Source: Guillardia theta CCMP2712 (taxonomy: Eukaryota > Protista > Cryptophyta). From it: DNA of 64,000 nucleotides. Shown in pieces: positions 53,548 through 64,000 of the stretch; the stretch's first letter is position 1, and every line of letters starts with the position of its first letter. Location: the NCBI RefSeq assembly GCF_000315625.1, contig NW_005434618.1:17607-81606 (forward strand), given 5' to 3'. The translations under genes and the position numbers were made by a program. A model generated the notes under the pieces. It did not search any database and was not told where the DNA came from. It saw only the letters and a list, made by a program, of their open reading frames with translations.

Positions 53548-54343
53548 TTACTGGATAGCCTTGAAGTTGAGGAGCTGCTCGATGGTTCCCTGCTTGGTGA
53601 GGAGCTGCTGGTGGATCATGCCTCCGAAGGCGATCATGGCAAGGCGGCCGTTCTTGACCTCGACGAGGCGGCGGCGGGCGAGGGCCTCAGGGTTCTTGCC
53701 GCAGCCGAGGGGATCAAATCCAAGGTCACCAGCCTCACGGCCCTCAGAGAACATGTCTCCGGGGGTAAGCTTGAAGCCGTTGGTGAAGAACTCGATGGCT
53801 CCGATGGTGAAGAACACCTGCCAGAGACCGGCAGCGGGGACGACGAAGAAGTCATCAACGGGGGTCTTGCCGTTCTGGAACATGGGGAGGTTGACAAACT
53901 CCTGGGCGATGAGGCCAGTGACGCCGAGCATGCAGACACGTCCGTGCTTGAGCTCAGCCTCCCTCAACCACCTGATGTCGATGTAGTTGGAGAATCCAAC
54001 CGGGTCAAAGCCAACGTCTCCAGCGAGGGTTCCGTCAAGAGCAGGAGGGCGCTGAAGGAAGGGAACAGCGTTGATGGAGAGGCCCTGAGCGGTTCCGTCA
54101 CCCCAGAGCTGCATGGAGGGTCCCTTGGAGGCAGCAACTGTACAAGGAAACCAGTCAGCATCTCTTCAGCGATTTCATGGGATCCTCTTCTCTCCGAACT
54201 GAAGAGAGGGTGGAACAACAACAACAAGGAACAGGGATCAATCTGCTACACTTACCACGGGCTCCAGCGCGGGGGAGGACGGCGGAGGGAGCGAAGGCAG
54301 CGGCGGAGGCCGCGCATGCCGCAACGAGGAGAGCTCTGAACAT
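53548..54343 (-). CDS. Chlorophyll a/c light-harvesting protein (Lhcr-type); exons 54343-54256 and 54137-53548
   Basis: Signal peptide ...ASAAA-FAP. Motifs [34 protein letters not shown] and [11 protein letters not shown]. Intron GTAAGT...CAG is in frame. Confidence 0.96.
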
Positions 54344-54376
54344 GGCGAAGACTGCCGATTCTCCTGCCTCCTCCTC

Positions 54377-54384
54377 TTTATATA
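54377..54384 (-). promoter_or_regulatory. Putative TATA box of the LHC gene
   Basis: TATATAAA on the minus strand, 34 bp upstream of the ATG. Confidence 0.55.
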
Positions 54385-55480
54385 CCCCTGGAAACCCGTA
54401 ACACCACCACCCCCTCACTTGCACCCCCTTTTCTCCACGAGAACCCCACCCTCACCCCCTCTATCCCTCCTCTCGCACATATGGAGACCACCCCTCCCTT
54501 GAATATTTCACACCACCACCCGCTGATGCCTCCAGACTTCTCATTTGGGGATACTGGGGGGTACTAGTGTACCTATGACCCTTGTTTTACTGAGATAAAT
54601 TTGTAGAATTGTACCGGTAGTCAATGTACCCCACCCTTTCAATCGTGGGTTTCCATCCGATCCTGTCCCACCACATTTTTATGTACCCCCCTGATTCACT
54701 CCAATACTACCCCCCTTTACTCTTTTTTTGGGGAGTACCGTACCCTAAAGAGACCACCTCTTTTCCATGGGTGGGTACTGGGTCCACAGGTGGGTGATTG
54801 AAGTAGAAATTGGGGGTAGTGAGGTGGGTTTTTGTGACGGAGGAAATCCTTTCAGGTTTCTAGGGGGTAGGGGTACTATGGAGTTCTACGAGATGGTGGG
54901 GTATCGGAAGACAACAGCTAGGGTGGGGTTCGATTTGATAAATCGAAGGGGTGGGTCCAAGCGGTCAGAGAGGAGATGAGGGAATATTGGACTAGCAAAA
55001 TCAAAGTTGGGCCGGCAGGCCCCGGCGGACAGCCGGCGTCCATAACCGGGCCCTGCACCGATCGGATCAGTAGCGTGGTGCCTGCCCGCCGAACGGATGA
55101 GTTCTGGACAGCTTCATCATATCTCGGATGAGGTCCTTGGGGCAATGAGAAGTTGACCGCCGCGTGACTGCGGCAGTCACACGGCGGAGTGCCAGTGACG
55201 GTCAGGCTCAGCGGCGGGCCGCCCGGCCGGGCCGCCGACGAAACTCGGCGTCCGATTCGCCGAAGTTCGGACAGGCCGCCCCCGGGCCGAGCCGCCGCTG
55301 ACTTGCCGTGGCAGGAGTTGAACAGGGCGGACTATCGGACACGGTGGCAATTTTACTTCCTGCACCATAAAAATCCTGCCGGTTCCCAAGGAAATAAGCA
55401 ACAATGGCTTGACTCTGTACTGAGAGCGTTTCGTGAAAACTTGCAGAGGCATCCCTCAGTAGCCTGCCGGAGCCACTGGT

Positions 55481-58278
55481 TTAAGCCTGAAACAACATGA
55501 ATAAACGAAGAAGTCTGAAGGAATTGCCAAATACCTTCTTCAATGGGGGCTTTTCCACCACCACGTTCTTAAAAGCAGTGCCCGACTCGTAAGACTCAAC
55601 ATACTTGTCGACAGCCTCTTGTCCCAAGCGATGGATGAAGTCACCGAACCTTTCGGCCTGAACACCTTGTCAGCTCAACAATGTTCAATTTTGTGTTTGT
55701 TAACCTGTCCGTTGCGCTGACTCTTCCACATGTACAGAAGTGGTTCGATGGTGCCCTCAACATCTTCATTCTTGACTCTGTCCTTCCATCTCCATGCAGT
55801 GCGGCCATCCTGGTTTGGCGATCCGCCCAACCAAATCTGGTAGGAATCTCCTCCCATTCCAACGAAAGCCATTTCTGCCATGTAAGGGCGAGCGCAACCG
55901 TTGGGACATCCAGTCATGCGCATGACAAAGGACTCTCCAGGCAGTCCCATCTTCTCCATGAGGTTGTTGATCCTATTGATGTACTGAGGCATCACTCTCT
56001 CGGCTTCCGATTGAGCAAGTCCGCAAAGGGGAAATGCAGGGCACGCAATGCCCTTACGAGTCATGTCGTCAATCTCCTGAATGGATTTGACTCCATGCTC
56101 CTTGAGAATAGCATCAATCTTGGCTTTTTCCTTCTCCTCAATTCCACAAATCTCGATGTTCTGATGAGGGGTCAATCGGATGTCACACCCGTAGGTGTCA
56201 ACAATCTTGCGAAGAGCAGTCTTGAGCTTGAAGCTTCCCTCATTCTTGATACGGCCCTGTTCAACATTCACGCCCAAGAACCACTTGCCATCGCCCTGAG
56301 GATGCCATCCAAGCCAATCGACCATCTGCCATTCTGGAAGCGGGACCCATGGTTGAATCTTCTTGCCAAAGTATGACTCAACCAACTTGCGGAAGTTGTC
56401 AACACCGAGGGTATGAACAAGGTATTTGAGCCTTGCGTTTGCACGAATCTCTCTGTTTCCATGGTCTCTCTGCGCCGCCAAGATCGACTTCATGCACTCA
56501 GTGAGATCTTCCTTAGCAATGTAACCAAGATGGTCTGCTGTTCTGGCGAAGGTGGTCTCCTTGTTATGTGTACGACCCATTCCACCACCAACCATAATGT
56601 TGTAGCCCTTCAAATTCTTGCCGGACTCATCCATGATAACAACGAGACAGACGTCGTGAGTGTAAGCATCGATGGAATTATCCCCCGGCACCGTCACAGC
56701 AACTTTGAACTTCCTCGGCAAATATGTCCTGGTTTAACACTAAGATATTCATTTCGACCGTCGATCTTTCCATACCTGCCATACAGAGGTTCCAATTCAT
56801 CTCCTGTGATGATTCCAGTTCCCTATCGCCGTCTCCTCAATTTTAAGCAAAAATAATTGATTATTTGCTTACTGCGTCATGCATTCTGGCGTCATGCATC
56901 TTCTTGTCGAGCTCCTCTGTATCCAATCTGTGAGATTCTTTGTAGCAAATAGAAAGAAGTTGCGCACCGATTGTGCTAGCAACAGGAGGGATGTGGTTGG
57001 TTCCAGTGCTTCCCTGAACGAGATCCTTCTTCCAATACCTGCGCAAAGACTGGTAAACGAAAGGAAGGCATAAAAAAGAAGCTTACTCAACTTCCGCCGC
57101 TTTTTCACCATCGAGCCAAAGCTCAGCAAAAGAAGGGCTGGAAGGCTTAAACCTACAAACTATAAGATGTAAATTCACATAGGAACATCATATCGCACAG
57201 TTCTGCGATGTAGTTGGCAGTCTGGAATGCATTCTGATACGCTAAAGCATGGTCAGAAATCTGAATTACAAGACAAAATGTTATATGCTGCACACCAGGA
57301 TCTGAAACCGGTGCTGGAGGAGTCATGACGTTTCTGTTGATATCACCACAGCCTCCGAGTGTAGATCCTTTGCAATGAAATAAACACAACTGCGAACTAG
57401 CCAAGGAACAATAGAAACCTCCTGCATTGGCAATCGAAGCAATGACAGTCTTAAGGTCCTTCTTCCTGATGCCATGGATCTGGAAGACTTTGAGCATACG
57501 AGCTATGAAATAAGAAGCATGAATTGCAGTGAACCTGAAAGGCCATGCGGGTGGTTGCACGAAGATCCTTCTGTCCATATTTTTCAGAGAGATCATCGAT
57601 GCACTGCGCAACCAGTCACGTCATGTCCCTTAAAATTGCGGACTCCAGGTCGGCATACCTGATACGTTTTGGCGTCAACTTTTCCGCACGGATTCTTGAG
57701 CCTCAACATGAACTTTTGGAGGACAAAGAGTTAGGGACCAAAGGGGCAAAGCACGTCGCAACCTGGTAGGAATCAGCATATCCCTTCTTGTCACTCTTCT
57801 GGAGGTCACGATTCTGTTGTTGGTAGCTTCCGTGATGCTTCAGAATCACAACAGCCTCATCAGAGATATCGATGGATTCCAAATCCGCCATTTCCTGCTT
57901 TCATGATCACGACGAGTTCCTAAATCCAAACACCCTGACCTGCTGAAGCGGACTCTTCAAATGGTCGCCACTGACTTTGATCGCTTCCACTTTGTTTTTG
58001 TCCAGCTTGTTGTTGTCATAAGGCAACTGAGTTGGAGCCGGCTGGCCAGGATTCTGAGGCCCATACTTTTGTCCAGGCGCGAACCACGCAGACAGGTCGG
58101 GCTTCGGCGAGGCCACCATTCGAGGCCCAACCCTTCCTCGCTGACCAGCACGCAAGGAAAACACTGGTCTAACAGAGGGAGCGAAGTAGTTCAGACTGAC
58201 TGAGTGATATGCATGGGCGCCCAGGAAGAGGGAGGCTGCCACGAGCAGTGCTACTGCAGAGGTGATTTTGGCGGCCAT
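55481..58278 (-). CDS. sir: Ferredoxin-dependent sulfite reductase, plastid-targeted, multi-exon
   Basis: Motifs [63 protein letters not shown], siroheme/FeS motifs [10 protein letters not shown] and [12 protein letters not shown], and ERFGDF. Signal peptide present. Confidence 0.95.
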
Positions 58279-60296
58279 GGTAAAGAGAACCTGAAAACGA
58301 AGCGAAGAGAGATCAGTGGTATGCCAGATTGAAGTTCATGACTCAATAATTCATCTCAACGGGATTGCCGAACTATCGAGCTCCTCTTACAGTCAGGAAT
58401 GGCAGAGGCGTAAAACCAATCAAGAGCCGTAACGTGCTAACGAGAAGAAAAACTACAAAATTTAGGATAGAACAAGTACTGGGAGGCATACCATGAACTT
58501 TCAATCTATGTCTTGAATGTACTTATCTTATTCTAAGCTCATGAACTGCCCCCAAATGATGGTTCTGAAGAAAATCCAAATACACTCAGTCCTCTAACCC
58601 AACAAGGATCCTCCTGCTACATTGTGAACACTTCAAACTGTACATAATGGACAAGAAATAGTTGCAAGAATCGAAGACATATACAGTCAGGCGAGATGCA
58701 TGGTTCTGCTGCCATTGCAAATGGCAACATCCAACGTTCTGCATAGTTCAACATTGCCTCGAGCCATTTTTTGCAGTGCAGGTTGTGTTTCAACACATGG
58801 GGTGGGTATTATACATCGGTCATGAAACCCCTATGAATATCGGGGTGGGGTACTAAAGAACAGGGTGGATAATCATACATAACTCTGGCACCGGTTTCTC
58901 AGCCACATCTTTGGTCTAGAATGTACGGGTACTAAGAGAGATTGTGAAAGTTTACACAGGTGGGGTCCTTAAAATCTGCATTCGAAAGGGGTTGAGGAGG
59001 AATGCTAGGGTGGGGTGGGTAGGGTCGGAAGAGGGGGCGCATGCACCAGATTCCTTACATCGAGAGGGGTGGTGGGGGAATGACAATGAGGGGAAAGTGC
59101 TCTGTGTGGGGGTGGGGGTAGGAGGAGACAGGTTGGCTACTGAAGCATGGGTGGGTGGGTCGACAAAGGTGGTGGGTATATAAAGCAATTGTAAGGTAGG
59201 TGGTTATGGCAATGTGATGGTGGGGTAGTGGTTTCCGAAGTGTAAGTAGGACTATATCATTCTTTGTATTGAGGTGCCAATTGAAGAAACTCATACCTTA
59301 GAGAATCAATGAAGAAGCCATCATTTCATCACACGGGAAGGGTCCTTTATGGAAGGGGTAGTATCAACGTGGCAGCCTCCTTTTCACAGAATGCTGAAAA
59401 CCTACCCACGCAAACTACCCCCACCTGTTCTAATTGTGAAATTGTTACCGGTGGTATTTTAGGTCATTGAAATCAGGGGGTGGGGTACATCGAAATTTGA
59501 AGGGTGGGGTGGGATGAAGTGGTCAGTACCCGTACGGCTCATGTCCCCCAGAGACTCCGGTGAGCGAGGTGGTAGGGGTTGCCCTCTGCAAATATCATTG
59601 CGTTACGATTTCAGGGGGTGGGGGTACTATCAATCTTCGACATCGCACTATGGGAGCATAGCACCATCTCTGGAGCATTGTCTGCAGCTTATGAAATTGG
59701 CGGGAGAAAAGGAGGCCAAGGCGAAATTCGGCTCCATGTGGGTAGGGGTGGTACAAAAACATTGTTGTTGGGCAATTTTCCAGATTAATAAAGAAAGCGT
59801 CTCAAATGAAGTAATTTTGGATGTGAAGGGCCTTACGGTGATCCAAAAATAACATTTTAAAATATTAGTAGATGCGGAGATGTCGCGAGATGCAGCCACC
59901 TTGCTGCCCTGGACAACTCGTATCTGCGCACCCACATCTTCAGAAAAGCATTTACTGTCCTCAATGAGGCAGGCTTGCAATGAAAGCCCTCATCCCCCCT
60001 CTGACTCACTGAAGATCAACAGGTCAAGGCGGCGGCTCTTCATTGAACCTTCGTCATGGCGACCTGTAAGTGCAGCTCAGGGCAGGACGATGACGACGAT
60101 GGCGGCGACGCGTAGAGAGGGAGAGAGGAAGGGATTTGTCACCTTGGACGATCCCGTCACTTGATGCCGCTTCATGTTGATCGTACTACCGGGTAGTTAG
60201 TACCGTTCTGCTTCCGGATGGACGATGTCGCGGATGGACGATGTTGCGATACACTCATTTGATTCATTGTGGTCAATACTATGCTGACGCCATGTT

Positions 60297-61189
60297 GTCT
60301 TGACAGATGGATTGATCCATGACGAGGAAGAAGCGGTGCTGCGGTGTAATCCTACAAACGCAGAGCTGCAGTCTGATGCGGACAGGTCTCGGAGGGTGAA
60401 GCTGTTCGGAGCAGCTTCTGCTGCCGTTCTCCTCTCCGTTGCTGTTCTTCTGGTTGCTCTTCGTTCAGAAACTTCCAAAGAAGTCGTCATGCCGCAATAT
60501 CAGGTCTACTCTGCTTGAAACACACACACACACCATCCATCTGAGTCGGAGCGGCTTGATTGCAGTACACAACCACCACGACAACTGTTTGCGGTTGCTG
60601 CCAAGTCATCGGGTGCTACTGCTCTCAGCAGTGCGCCCCTGGCACTCTAGCCAACGTCCCGAGCATGTCGACTCAACCAGGTTAGCTCTCATCGGCGGAG
60701 TGTCAAACTTGTGCTGTCAGATGACCGCCAAGATGCAGCCATCACTCCCGACTGGACAGACGTGATGACGGCTCTAACGAGGGAGGTATCTGAGGATACA
60801 GCAGAGATAGCGGGACTTAAGGCCACGGTCAGTGAGCCTGCGATTCCTCCTCCCTGATCAGCTCTTGTTGCACGTGAAGCTGACGTTCGACATTCGGTCC
60901 TGCAGGTCATGCGTCTGCAGAACTGGAAGAGGAACGCTGAGCCTCGCATCCGCTACCTCACCCACGTCCAGCGTTGGATGCGCCATCAGTATGCTGACCA
61001 CTTCTACGCGCACACCCCCCCGGTGAGATCCAGTCGCCGCCCTCGTGCTCGTACTTCCTGCTGGTTTCCGAGTGATCAGTGTGCTGATGTTTCCACCGCA
61101 TTGTGATACTGATATGTGTACATGATGCGATTCTTTCCTTCGGTCCTGACCTCTCCGGTTACCCGATCACTCCCCTGTGTGAAAGATGA
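60297..61189 (+). CDS. Hypothetical single-pass membrane protein with Cys-rich and coiled-coil segments, multi-exon; start unresolved
   Basis: Spliced exons give ...KLFGAASAAVLLSVAVLLVALR...YQ/YTTTTTTVCGCCQVIGCYCSQQCAPG.../...EVSEDTAEIAGLKAT/VMRLQNWKR... Confidence 0.5.
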
Positions 61190-62496
61190 ACTGTCGTTTA
61201 TCCTTGATTCATCTCGCTGCTGAAACTTGATGACATGATTGATGGGTCTTGTGAAGTTCATTGCATGTCTCGATGACAGTTTGTAGTGCCTCCTCCTCTT
61301 CCTGGTGGTGGTGCTGACATCTCTGCACCTTTTTGATGATCTCTGCTCCCCTGAGACATCTGCTCGATCTCAGTCTTGCCAACATAACTGCATTCTCATC
61401 CGATGTTCTTCCACAGGTCGAACCTCCAGAGCCTGCAGGTCTCCCGGACGATGTTGCCGTGACCTCGAACAAGAAGGGGGTCAAATAAAAACAGTTGCAA
61501 GCTGAGCTTGAAGTATTCTAGGCTCCTGGGTCCGTGTACTATACTCCGTCAACAGTTTGAAATGATGACCCGGCGTACGGCGTACCGTAACCGTTCAACG
61601 GTTAGTCTGGGCGGCCCACCGTGTCAGTGTGGCCAGCCCCTCACCGGCGTGCCACGGTCACCCAGTACCGTACAACTGGCAAGGCCGGGTGACGGTAAGC
61701 CCACCGGTCACCGCCCGTGGATTCTTGTACCGGCAGCGTCCGATCTGCCAGGCTGGCTACTGCCAGGATCGGACGGTCGTTCAGCCGGCGGCAGTGCAAG
61801 TGTGCCCCCCCCGGTCCCACTGAGCCCGGGCCAGGCTCCGAGTCCGAACGAGCCTCGCCGGACGGAGGCCGCCGCGCCGGGCCGGGCGGCCGGGCCCCGG
61901 GCCCAGCCCGGCGGGGCCCGGGCCCGGCCGGAGAGTCTGGTCCGTAATTGCTAGCTGGCCCAAGACAGCGATTTATTGGAGCAGACGCAATGAAGCGAGA
62001 GGACTACTATCCAAAGATTCGAGGAGGGGGGGAGGGGGAGGCGGAAGAGGAGGGCAAGGAGGAGGAAGAGATCGGAAGGAAGGAGAGCGATGGAACGTAT
62101 CAGCAACAGCCAGCAAGAGTGGAGAAGTAGAAGGGGAAAGAGACAGGAAGGAATGAAGGGATTTTCACTGTGATCGGTTAGTGATCTTAGGAGAGGGAGA
62201 CTGGGGCAGGGAAGTTATGTCTATCAGACAACAAAAGCAGCAGATCAACAAGGAACAATTCAAGTTGAACAGCAACTGTAGGTCCATGTGGAAGGAAGGG
62301 AACGATGACTGCGGGCAACTCGCGCTTGGAGGGAGGCAGGAAGTGACAAATGAGTCAGGCTGCACAGCTCCACATCCGGAGGCTCCACGAGGCTCCTCAG
62401 AGCTTCACCGCGTCCTTGAACAGCATCGGGCAACCCAGTCCTACACGCTCCCCATATCTCAGCATGAGGGGGTACAGGGGAGGCAGCCAGTTCAGG

Positions 62497-64000
62497 ATGA
62501 CATTGCTCGATTACCTCTTCTTGTCCCTCGCACCATCGGCGTCCTCCTTCGTCCTGCCCTCTGTCCTCTCCCCCACCAGACATCACATGCTCCTGCAGGC
62601 GGGAGCAGGTCGCCCGAGGGCAGGGACGGGAGGTTGCTGCATGCGGCGACTACTCGCTCATAGATTGCGGCGACCTGAAGAGGTTGGAGAAGTTCGGCGA
62701 GTTGACAGTCTGCCGTCCTTGTCCTTCTGCCATCTGGCAGCCTCGCAAGGGAGACTTGTGGAAGAGCATCGACCTTGAGTTTTCGACCAGGAGTGCAGGT
62801 AGGAGGACGACGAAGATTGCAGGGAGGGGAGAGAAGGAGAGGGGAGCGGAGGGGAGACGGGGGAGCGGAGGAGGGGAAGCGAGAATGAGAACGGAGGAGG
62901 GGAGGAGAGGGGGGGAGAGAAGAGCAGGAGGAAGAGGAGGGGGGAGGAGGGGCAAGGAGGGGAGCTGAAGGAGGAGCTGAAGAAGGCAGCAGACGCGAGC
63001 AAACGAGGATCGTGGGAAGGGATGGAGCAGGTTCCTGCGGACTGGTCCATCTCTTTCGAGGAGGTTGACATCAGGTTTTCTCTCGCTCCTTCCGATCAGG
63101 GCCAGGTAGATCTTGACTTGTTGGGAGAGAGGAAGCTGACTGACCTTTCCCTCTCTCGCCCTCCCTTCCTTTCCTCCCCCTTTCCTCCCTCCCCCCCCTT
63201 TCTCCCTTCCCCTCCCCTCTTCCCTCTCCTCTCCTCTCTTCTCTTCTTCCTCCTCTCTTCCTCCTCCCCTCCCCTCCTCGCGCAGATCGGGATCTTTCCT
63301 GAGCAAAAGAGCAACTGGAAGTGGATCAGGGAGACGATGAGGAGAAGGGGGTCACACGATGAGGTGAGGGAGATGTTTATAGAAGGGAGAGTTCTGCTAA
63401 AGTTGCTTCTTCTCTATCCTCCTCGTGCCTTCACATCTCTTGCTCCATGGCCTCCACGAATCCTTTTTCCTCTCTCCCCTTCCTCCCACTGCAGCAGCAG
63501 CAGCAGCAACTCCTTCTCATTCTCCTGTTCTAAATAGGATGGTCTACTCCGCGTGCTCAACGGCTTCGCGTATACAGGAGGATCTACGCTTGCAGCTGCA
63601 AAATCGCTTCCCTCCTCCTCCTCCTCCTCATTGAGTGTTGTTCACCTCGACGGCTCAAAGTCAGCCATCCAGTGGGCAAAAAGAAATGCAGAGGTCACAA
63701 TCTCCGCCAAGATCCGTTCATCCTGCCCATTCCTCCTCCCTCCTCCCTCCTCCCTCCTCCCTCCTCCCTCCTCCCTCCTTTCTCTCCTCCCTTCCAACTC
63801 CTCTTCTTCTCCCCTCTACTTCCTCCTTCCTCCCTCCCTTCCTCCCTCTCGCTTCTCCCCCTCCTCCTTGTGGCATCCCTCAGGGGTTTGCAGGTGTCAG
63901 CAGTAGACAGCGAGACCATCCGATGGATCTCCGAGGACGTCATGACCTTTGTGGAGAGGTGACGACGTGGAAGGAGGAGAGCCCAAAGAAGCAGCCTGTG
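62497..64000 (+). CDS. RlmI/YwbD-like SAM-dependent (rRNA) methyltransferase, probably plastid-targeted; runs off the right end
   Basis: Motifs DCGDLKRLEKFG..RPCPSAIW, IGIFPEQKSNW, VLNGFAYTGGSTLAA, VVHLDGSKSAIQWAKRN and IRWISEDVMTFV. Presequence ...APSASS-F. Confidence 0.85.

Noticed and set aside
53503-54339. 278-aa plus-strand ORF (and 55681-56376)
   Set aside because: Antisense shadows of the LHC and sulfite reductase coding strands.

Overview
Intron-rich eukaryotic nuclear DNA, almost certainly from a cryptophyte alga of the Guillardia/Hanusia type. This is inferred from a cryptophyte phycoerythrin alpha subunit, ASAF-type bipartite plastid presequences, and short GT-AG introns often filled with microsatellites. 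About 18 protein genes are recognisable: an IP3-receptor-like channel (runs off the left end), a CENP-B/pogo-type HTH protein, phycoerythrin alpha, a PhoD phosphatase, a double-domain membrane cyclase, the FTR variable chain, a Trp-rich repeat protein, two ABC1 kinases, a folate-biopterin transporter, two methyltransferases, an inverted pair of GT11-like glycosyltransferases, a split Crinkler-like NTPase/nuclease, a sulfotransferase, an LHC protein and sulfite reductase. The most notable observation is a 3,684-bp unit bounded by 206-bp direct repeats. It carries a circularly permuted Crinkler-type NTPase-REase gene whose ORF becomes intact only on circularisation or tandem amplification, plus a 20-bp x20 array. 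Other highlights are the adjacent ~4-kb gene palindrome, an ABC1 kinase spliced to a ChlB-type PCP_red domain, a cyclase with inverted C1/C2 order, a perfect 79-bp antisense exon copy inside the next intron, and two recurring classes of intergenic island. All family assignments are by eye from motifs; no searches were run and exon boundaries are manual.
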